64,000 bases of DNA from Armatimonadota bacterium (GTDB taxonomy: Bacteria; Armatimonadota; Fimbriimonadia; Fimbriimonadales; Fimbriimonadaceae): the NCBI GenBank assembly GCA_031400935.1, contig JANNQV010000017.1, positions 1 through 64,000 on the forward strand. Reading direction: 5' to 3'. Below, one piece after another: positions 57,538 to 64,000 of the stretch. Position 1 is the first letter of the stretch, and the number at the start of each line of letters is the position of its first letter. The notes beneath the pieces are model-generated. The model saw only the letters and a program-made list of their open reading frames with translations, was not told where the DNA came from and searched no databases. A program made the translations under genes and the position numbers.

Positions 57538-57613
57538 GGCGCCGTGCCCAAGTGGTTAAGGGAAGGGTCTGCAAAACCCTCATTCAGCAGTTCGAATCTG
57601 CTCGGCGCCTCCA
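57538..57613 (+). tRNA. tRNA-Cys (GCA)
   Basis: GGCGCCG/CGGCGCC acceptor stem, AGGGT-CTGCAAA-ACCCT anticodon arm, TTCGAAT T-loop, U73 discriminator, encoded CCA. Confidence 0.97.
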
Positions 57614-57620
57614 GATTTTT

Positions 57621-57729
57621 TAGGGTTTAGGATTGTGGATTGTGGATGATAGCGGAGTGCGGAGTGCGGAGAGCGAACTACCGATAACCAACAACTAATA
57701 ACTAGTAACCAAAAACCAACAACCGAACC
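57621..57729. repeat. Composite array: GGGTTTA / (GGATTGT)n / (GCGGAGT)n then (AACCAAC)n
   Basis: Three G-rich heptamer families in series, followed by the C/A arm. Confidence 0.9.
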
Positions 57730-57732
57730 GTT

Positions 57733-58446
57733 CTAGCCGCCCTCTTTGATTCCCTCAGGCTTTTGTCCGAGCCAACGCACTTTCCCAGACTCGATATTGT
57801 AAACACCGCCAAAAATGGCAAGGTGCCCCTCTGCGACTTTCTCCCGGACTTCCTTTGACCTTTGCAAAATGTCTTGGATGGCTTGAGCGACGTTTTCTTC
57901 AACAGCGGCTTCAACCAGTTCGGCCTCTGTTCCGCTCCCATGATGGGTTTTCGCTCTTTGAACTGCTGGAATGATGTTGTCAACCAGCCACCGAATATTT
58001 TGAGAAACTTGTGCGTTTTGCACCACAGCCTTGACTGCTCCGCATTGAGAATGGCCAAGAACGATGAGCAATGGAGTTTTTAGATGTCCAACCCCATACT
58101 CGATAGTGCCGATTTCGTCGGTGTCAGCAACGTTTCCAGCTACTCGAATCGTAAACAGATCACCAAGTCCTTGGTCAAAAATGAATTCAGGAGCCACTCG
58201 CGAGTCTGCACATGCCAAGACGGTCGCAAATGGAGTTTGTCCCTTTGCTGTTTGCGATCTTCGAGTTGGTCCGACTCTTGGGAATGAGTTCTTGCCTTCG
58301 ATAAAGCGACTGTTCCCCTTTTGCAGGTCTGCCATCAATCCGCTTGAATTGATCGCGAAATAATCGCCCGACTTGGCGACTGCAAAGCCTGCAATGAGCG
58401 CTAAGGCTGGAATCGTGAGCTTGGTTTGAAGTGCTGAAAATCTCAT
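57733..58446 (-). CDS. Beta-class carbonic anhydrase with a signal peptide
   Basis: CADSR, RVAGN, GHSQCGAV; hydrophobic N-terminus. Confidence 0.93.
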   Translation of the reverse strand: MRFSALQTKLTIPALALIAGFAVAKSGDYFAINSSGLMADLQKGNSRFIEGKNSFPRVGPTRRSQTAKGQTPFATVLACADSRVAPEFIFDQGLGDLFTIRVAGNVADTDEIGTIEYGVGHLKTPLLIVLGHSQCGAVKAVVQNAQVSQNIRWLVDNIIPAVQRAKTHHGSGTEAELVEAAVEENVAQAIQDILQRSKEVREKVAEGHLAIFGGVYNIESGKVRWLGQKPEGIKEGG

Positions 58447-58578
58447 GAGTTGTTTCTCCTTTCGAAACAGGTAAAAACGTGCTACTTAAATAATTGGCAG
58501 TTCCTAGCAAGATTTGCAGGGTTGGTGTGGATAACTTTGGGGCGCACATCAGGTTCCAAAATCGTCTTTATTCGAGCG

Positions 58579-59334
58579 ATGGCAGCCCGTTCGCGACAAA
58601 AAGACTCAGATATTTCAGTCGTGTCGGCGACTGGGGTAATTGTTGCTACGCCAATTCACATCGAACTTCCACAGTTTTCTGGTTCGCTTTCGATGCTGTT
58701 CGGGTGCGTTCGGGATCGCAAGGTTGACCTTTCGACGGTTCCATTGCAACCTATTTGCGAAGCGTATTTGCTCTATCTCATCGAAAATGCCGCTGTCCAC
58801 CTCGATGAATCTGCCGCCGCGCTGTCCGCGTTGACTTGGCTTCTCGAACGAAAGGCATGGCTCCTTTTGCCGGTTGATGAAGAACCTGAAGAAATGGAAT
58901 CGCCGCTTGCATTGCCTGAGGCGATGGATTACGATTTTTGGCCGGCAATCGAGGCGCTTCGGCACTGGGAAGAAGAGCGGTCGCACCTCTTTTTTCGACC
59001 GCTTGATGCTGGCCCAGAGCCTTATGAACTTCCGTTCAATCTGGAATCTGTTTCTCTGGATGACCTTGCACGCGCACTCGAAAGAGTCATCCTTCGTGCA
59101 AAGCCCGAACCCATTGAGGTCATGGGCGCACCTCGCCGATCTATTTCCGAGCAAATGCACATTGCGCTCGTCACTTTGACGCCGAAATGGACAAGCTTGG
59201 ACGTTCTACTCGGCGAGGAATTTACAAAAACAGACGCGGTTTATTGGTTCTTGGCTCTATTGGAACTCATCCGGATCGGGCAAGCCACCGTTCGAGTTTA
59301 TGAGGGAGATGTGCAGTTCGCACGCCCTAAATGA
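58579..59334 (+). CDS. scpA: Segregation and condensation protein A
   Basis: F.G.L..L....R...D, L...KA..LLP, FLALLEL; precedes scpB. Confidence 0.85.
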   Translation: MAARSRQKDSDISVVSATGVIVATPIHIELPQFSGSLSMLFGCVRDRKVDLSTVPLQPICEAYLLYLIENAAVHLDESAAALSALTWLLERKAWLLLPVDEEPEEMESPLALPEAMDYDFWPAIEALRHWEEERSHLFFRPLDAGPEPYELPFNLESVSLDDLARALERVILRAKPEPIEVMGAPRRSISEQMHIALVTLTPKWTSLDVLLGEEFTKTDAVYWFLALLELIRIGQATVRVYEGDVQFARPK

Positions 59335-59894
59335 AGATTGTCGAACAACTAGAAGCTTTGCTATTTGTAGCTGATTCGCCTGTCAGCCTTCAGCAATTGG
59401 CTCGATCGCTAGATGTTACAGAAGGGCAAACCGAGCAAGCCTTAGAAGTCCTTCAGCAGCGATTGGCGGAGCGCGGAGCATTGCAAATCGTTCGTTTAGC
59501 GGGAGGTTATCAGCTCAGCACAAAACCTGAGTTTTCAGTGCTCGTTGGCAATTTTTTGAAACCCCAACGAGGCCGCTTAAGTCGAGCCTTGCTTGAGGTA
59601 TTGGCGATTGTCGCCTACCGGCAACCGATCACTATGGCGGGGCTTGACGAGATTCGAGGTGTCCAATGCGATTATTCCATTCGTGGACTTTTGGATCGGG
59701 GGTTGATTCATGAAATGGGAAGAGTCCATGCGCCTGGCAGGCCGATTTTGTACGGCACGACGAAGCAGTTTTTGCATCAATTCCACCTGAACGACCTGGA
59801 AGACCTTCCCGAAGTGACGGGCCTCGATTCAATTCAAGTGATCTCGACCGGAGAGCCTCAGCTTTTCGATCCGGTGTCGCATGAAGTACACTAG
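59331..59894 (+). CDS. scpB: Segregation and condensation protein B
   Basis: LEALLF, GGYQL.T, LSRALLEVLAIVAYRQP, GRPILYGTT..FL..F.L. Confidence 0.95.
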   Translation: MKIVEQLEALLFVADSPVSLQQLARSLDVTEGQTEQALEVLQQRLAERGALQIVRLAGGYQLSTKPEFSVLVGNFLKPQRGRLSRALLEVLAIVAYRQPITMAGLDEIRGVQCDYSIRGLLDRGLIHEMGRVHAPGRPILYGTTKQFLHQFHLNDLEDLPEVTGLDSIQVISTGEPQLFDPVSHEVH

Positions 59895-59903
59895 AGGCAT
59901 CCC

Positions 59904-61079
59904 ATGCGCTTGCTTTTGCCGCTTTTTGCCATCTTCTTGACCAGCCTTGCAATCGCGCAAGAGCCGGTCCTTGATGCTAAAAGTGCAATTCTGATTGATG
60001 CAAAGTCTGGTGTAGTCCTTTGGCAAAAAGATGCTCATGCCATTCGATATCCTGCCAGCACAACCAAAATTCTAACGGCAATATTGCTACTGGAGCACAC
60101 TGAGCCGGACGACATCATTACCGCGCCGCTAGATACGGAGAAAGTGGAAGGCGCGAGCCTTCACCTCAGGCCCGGCGAGACATTTTCTGCTTCAGACCTT
60201 CTCAAATCCATGCTTTTGAGAAGCGCAAACGATGCTTGCCATGCTTTGGCTGTTCATATCTCTGGTTCCGATCTTGAGTTCGGGAAGCTGATGACTAAGA
60301 AGGCCAAAGAATTAGGGTGCCTTCATAGCCACTTCATGGCTCCGCACGGACTCCATAACGACAAGCACTACACTACAGCTTACGATTTGGCATTGATAGC
60401 TCGGGAGGCGATGAACTACCCTGAAATTCGGGACATCGTAGGAATCCGAAAAGCCACCATATCGCGAAGCATTAACACGCAAGACACTTTGCTCATTAGT
60501 AAGAACAAATGGCTGGAGCATGATACATCAGCGACAGGAATCAAGACCGGGTACACGAAAGTTGCGCGTGCAACGTTTGTCGGAAGCGCTGCACGAAATG
60601 GTGTAGAACTGATTACAGTCGTGTTGAAGTCTGAGAAGTGGGAAGACGATCAGAAGGCATTGATCAACTTTGGATTTGTGAATTACAGTCGAACAATTGT
60701 CTATGCAAACGGTGCATCTCTTGGCGTCGTTCCAATTGTAAACGGGGATCGCAAAGAAGTGGCCGCCGTAATTGGAACCGGTGTCGAATACGCGCACTTG
60801 AAAAACAGTTCGCCAACAATCAATTTAGAATTGAGGCCAGTCTTGAATCTCACTGCACCGATTGAAAAGGGAGCCGAAATCGGTTCTGCGATCATTAAGG
60901 ATCAGAACGGATGGACTTCTGAACTCAAAATCTATGCGGGGGAATCGGTGAAAATTGCTCCTTCTTCAATGGCGCTCCGCTACCTATTCGGAATCGGCGC
61001 TCTTGCCCTCGGGGGCGCATCCATCGCCATGCGGCGCAAATCTCGCAAATGGGCTACAAGTTTCGCAGGAAAATCATGA
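59904..61079 (+). CDS. D-Ala-D-Ala carboxypeptidase (peptidase S11)
   Basis: PASTTK, SAND, PHGL, KTGY; PBP5-C domain and C-terminal TM. Confidence 0.93.
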   Translation: MRLLLPLFAIFLTSLAIAQEPVLDAKSAILIDAKSGVVLWQKDAHAIRYPASTTKILTAILLLEHTEPDDIITAPLDTEKVEGASLHLRPGETFSASDLLKSMLLRSANDACHALAVHISGSDLEFGKLMTKKAKELGCLHSHFMAPHGLHNDKHYTTAYDLALIAREAMNYPEIRDIVGIRKATISRSINTQDTLLISKNKWLEHDTSATGIKTGYTKVARATFVGSAARNGVELITVVLKSEKWEDDQKALINFGFVNYSRTIVYANGASLGVVPIVNGDRKEVAAVIGTGVEYAHLKNSSPTINLELRPVLNLTAPIEKGAEIGSAIIKDQNGWTSELKIYAGESVKIAPSSMALRYLFGIGALALGGASIAMRRKSRKWATSFAGKS

Positions 61080-61855
61080 CATTAGAAAGACTTCATAAAC
61101 GAATTGCCTCAGCCGGAGTTTGCAGCCGAAGGGCCGCCGAAACCATGATCGAAGACGGTCGCGTAAGCGTCAACGGGGTTGCTGTGTCTGAAATGGGCGT
61201 CAAAGTTGGCCCTGATGATCGGGTGACGGTAGACGGCGTTGTCCTGGAATATGCCCAAAAATTCTATCTCGTGATGAACAAGCCAAAAGGCGTATTGACG
61301 ACGATGTCCGACCCTCAGCATCGAAAGACCGTTGTGCAACTATTGCCTAGGCTAAAATCGGTTGTAAAACCTGTTGGCAGGCTCGACAAGGAAACGGAAG
61401 GGCTTCTTATGTTCACCAACGACGGCGAACTAGCTCAACGAATGATGCATCCGAAATATGCGCTTGACAAAGAATATGTGGTTTGCGTTAGAGGCATTCC
61501 CGACATCAAGCTCTTCGACAAACTGTCAAAGGGAGTCTGGATTCCTGAAGGCGGCAAAACACGTCCAGCAGCGATCACGGGAATTCGGCCAGACCCTGAA
61601 CACGACCGATGCAATTTTCACATCACGCTTCATGAAGGCCGAAAGAGACAAATTCGCCAAATGTGCGTCGCCATTGGGCATCCGGTTAAGGACTTAAAGA
61701 GAGTTCGAATCGGACCAATCGAACTCAAATCACTGGGTCGTGGAGTGTGCCGAATGCTGACCGATCCAGAACTTGATTCCATACTTCAAGCCGTGGGAAT
61801 GCAACAAGCGGAAAGCAGGCCGAAGCTTCAAAACAAAAGGCGTCAGACCGCTTGA
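61076..61855 (+). CDS. rluB: 23S rRNA pseudouridine synthase (RluB/RsuA family)
   Basis: S4 domain RL.K.IA..G..SRR.AE, GRLDKETEGL, EGRKRQIR. Confidence 0.9.
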   Translation: MTLERLHKRIASAGVCSRRAAETMIEDGRVSVNGVAVSEMGVKVGPDDRVTVDGVVLEYAQKFYLVMNKPKGVLTTMSDPQHRKTVVQLLPRLKSVVKPVGRLDKETEGLLMFTNDGELAQRMMHPKYALDKEYVVCVRGIPDIKLFDKLSKGVWIPEGGKTRPAAITGIRPDPEHDRCNFHITLHEGRKRQIRQMCVAIGHPVKDLKRVRIGPIELKSLGRGVCRMLTDPELDSILQAVGMQQAESRPKLQNKRRQTA

Positions 61856-63060
61856 AGAAGGGCGAATTCGCTGTCCTCTTCGCTGTGTTTCTCGACATGG
61901 TAGGATTCGGAATGGCGATTCCAGACGTTCAGCTTAGAGCGCAAGAGTACATTCGTGCCAATCCCGCAATTCAAGCATTTCCCTACAAGGTTGAAGGCAT
62001 CATTATTGGGCTCCTTCTCACAAGTTATTTTATGATCCAACTCATAGCGTCTCCAAGATGGGGCAAACTGAGCGACCGCATCGGGCGCAAGCCCGTTTTT
62101 CTTGTCTGCACCGCTCTTTCTTCCCTCTCAATGGTGATTTATGCTTTTGTCCCAAGCCTGATTGGAATTCTGATTGCACGAATTCTGGGCGGATTGGCGG
62201 CTGCCAATGTAGTTGTCGGACAGGCGTACCTAGCGGACCTAACGGATGAAAGAGAACGTGGGGCAGCAATGGGGAGATCAAGTAGCGCACTTTTGCTCGG
62301 ATTGGTCGCGGGTCCTGCGATCGGCGGACATCTCGCGGCGACGGGCGGTTCGTATCTTCTCGGAACAGTTGCAGCGACAATGTCTGCACTTGCATGTGTT
62401 GCTATCTTGATTTGGATTCCTTGGCAAAAGCCAACGGAAGAAAGAGCGCCGGGAGTTAAGAACTTTGGCTTCGATTTGAGCCTATTGCGAGATATTCCAG
62501 CCTTGCGAAGAATATTGGTGATTGCGGTTTCCGGCTGGTTTGTACTAGCATGTTTGGAAGGCACATTTGGTCGCCTAATTCAGCACACGCTTGGATATGG
62601 CCAACGGGAATTCGGATGGCTTTTCAGCTATGAATCGTTGTTCGCCGCTGGGATCGGCCTCATTTATGGTTTCCTTTCAAACCGGATTTCCGTAGGCTGG
62701 ATGCTACGAATCGGGTTCATTTCTGTTGCCGTTGGAGTGGCCCTAACTCCGGTTGCCCCAAACCTTTTGGGATTGGCGTTGGCAAGCTCATTTTGGGCTT
62801 TTGGACTTGGTTTGGCTAATCCAACGATCAACACATATTGCAGCGCCATTACGCCCGAGGATCGGCAAGGAGAGGTTTTCGGGCTGATTCAGTCATCGCG
62901 AAGCATTGGGTTCATTGTTGGCCCCATCCTTGGCGGTGTGCTTTTCGATTTGTTGCCCGCACTTCCCTACTACTTTGCTGCGGCCGTCGCATTTGTAGCG
63001 GCGCTCTTTGTGGGGAGTCCAAAAATTGCAAAAAAAGCGGCGATCCAAGAAACAATTTGA
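61852..63060 (+). CDS. MFS transporter (TetA/DHA1-like)
   Basis: D..GFGM.IP, GKLSDRIGRKP motif A, GPAIGG; many TM helices. Confidence 0.92.
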   Translation: MKKGEFAVLFAVFLDMVGFGMAIPDVQLRAQEYIRANPAIQAFPYKVEGIIIGLLLTSYFMIQLIASPRWGKLSDRIGRKPVFLVCTALSSLSMVIYAFVPSLIGILIARILGGLAAANVVVGQAYLADLTDERERGAAMGRSSSALLLGLVAGPAIGGHLAATGGSYLLGTVAATMSALACVAILIWIPWQKPTEERAPGVKNFGFDLSLLRDIPALRRILVIAVSGWFVLACLEGTFGRLIQHTLGYGQREFGWLFSYESLFAAGIGLIYGFLSNRISVGWMLRIGFISVAVGVALTPVAPNLLGLALASSFWAFGLGLANPTINTYCSAITPEDRQGEVFGLIQSSRSIGFIVGPILGGVLFDLLPALPYYFAAAVAFVAALFVGSPKIAKKAAIQETI

Positions 63061-63112
63061 AGCTAGTCTGTCATTAAGCTAAGTTCAGTCATTGGTGTCG
63101 AAGCTCACCACC

Positions 63113-64000
63113 CTACACTTTCCGATTCTTTCGGTTCGCCCACCAAAGGACTCCAACGACTGGGAGCCAGAATGGCGAGTAGACAAAGATGAAGATTACG
63201 ACGCTGCCGAGAAATTGGAGGCCCGCTTGCAAGCCATTGACGGCAGTGTTCCACGTCTCTTCGAATGCGCCTTTCGGTTCTTCGACGGCTTCCCGTTTCT
63301 TAGTCTTTTCTTCAAAAGTCGCAGTAATTGTCGAGAGTGAGGCAAGGTCCTTTAGCGAAAGAACTTGAGCGGTCAGGCTTTCGATCTCTTGTCGAACACC
63401 TGACAGCCGCTCCTTGATTTCGAGCATCTCGCCGACTCTTCGAGCCGCGCGAAGCATTGTGATGTAACTTTCTTCTTCGGCTTTGAGAACCTTGATTCTG
63501 GCGCCGGTGTCGGCGACTTGAGCAGTTACATCTTGCCCGCTGGAACTTTCGTTGATCACATCTCCAAGCGCCCGAATCTGTTTCATCGCAGAATCAAATC
63601 GAACGGCAGGAACTCGCATCACAACCATTCCTGTTGGGTTTTCGCCCTTCAGATCTGAAGAATTGCTGTTGATAACGAAACCACCCAGGCCTTCGGCAAT
63701 CGAACCTGATTTTGCCATAGCATCGGCGACGCTTGGGACTCGGCAGTTTACATCTGCATTCTTGACGACAAGTCGGTTGGAGCCTTTCATCGGAACTGTT
63801 GTTCCGGGTTGTGTTTCCCCTTCCTTGTGCCACTGATTAGTTGCTCCGGTCTTGTCACTTGTTTCGGTGCGAACTCGAGATTTCGCATCTAGCTCAGCAT
63901 TTTGCTGGAATCCAAGTCCACCAGGTATTCGCCCATTATCACTTGGACCACCACCGGCATCGCGACCATTCGCAAAGGCGTATGGAGCTTCCTCAGCGGG
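63113..64000 (-). CDS. DUF4349 domain protein (5' end beyond the window)
   Basis: RVPA..F......I..LG, DVT..V.D..AR, LEI..RL..VR.EIE, C-terminal TM; frame open to base 64000. Confidence 0.85.
   Translation of the reverse strand, partial: PAEEAPYAFANGRDAGGGPSDNGRIPGGLGFQQNAELDAKSRVRTETSDKTGATNQWHKEGETQPGTTVPMKGSNRLVVKNADVNCRVPSVADAMAKSGSIAEGLGGFVINSNSSDLKGENPTGMVVMRVPAVRFDSAMKQIRALGDVINESSSGQDVTAQVADTGARIKVLKAEEESYITMLRAARRVGEMLEIKERLSGVRQEIESLTAQVLSLKDLASLSTITATFEEKTKKREAVEEPKGAFEETWNTAVNGLQAGLQFLGSVVIFIFVYSPFWLPVVGVLWWANRKNRKV

Noticed and set aside
57538..57613. tRNA-Cys as an island attachment site
   Set aside because: No integrase and no duplicated tRNA 3' end seen in the window.
175..57729. 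Repeat arrays as CRISPR
   Set aside because: Units are 5-9-nt tandem repeats without unique spacers; no cas genes in the window.

Overview
Bacterial core-genome window, most likely Armatimonadota/Fimbriimonadaceae-like (inferred from VPEP-CTERM proteins, a prepilin H-X9-DG-type protein and Terrabacteria-type dcw accessory genes). It holds a str operon split by cargo genes (rpsL-rpsG-fusA ... tuf), rpsB-tsf with a t44-type leader, a dcw cluster (mraZ to ftsA) with a MurC-Ddl fusion and no murB or ftsZ, rpsU-ybeY-dgkA-hlyC, hisS, hsp20-lon, tRNA-Cys and scpAB-dac-rluB. Main unexplained signals: (1) about a dozen intergenic arrays of 7-9-nt tandem repeats, almost all with the same polarity (G/T-rich arm 5', C/A-rich arm 3', often from different repeat families), like head-to-head telomere fusions, one pair of which brackets a beta-helix gene as direct repeats; (2) a (GGCAA)12 tract starting in the start codon of a secreted protein with a transglutaminase-like Cys-His-Asp pattern, with a partner gene, i.e. 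a candidate phase-variable module; (3) REP-like palindromes with a possible RAYT remnant; (4) a candidate attenuator or sRNA upstream of rpsL; (5) frequent leaderless-gene signatures. All family calls are from motif recognition; no database search was run.
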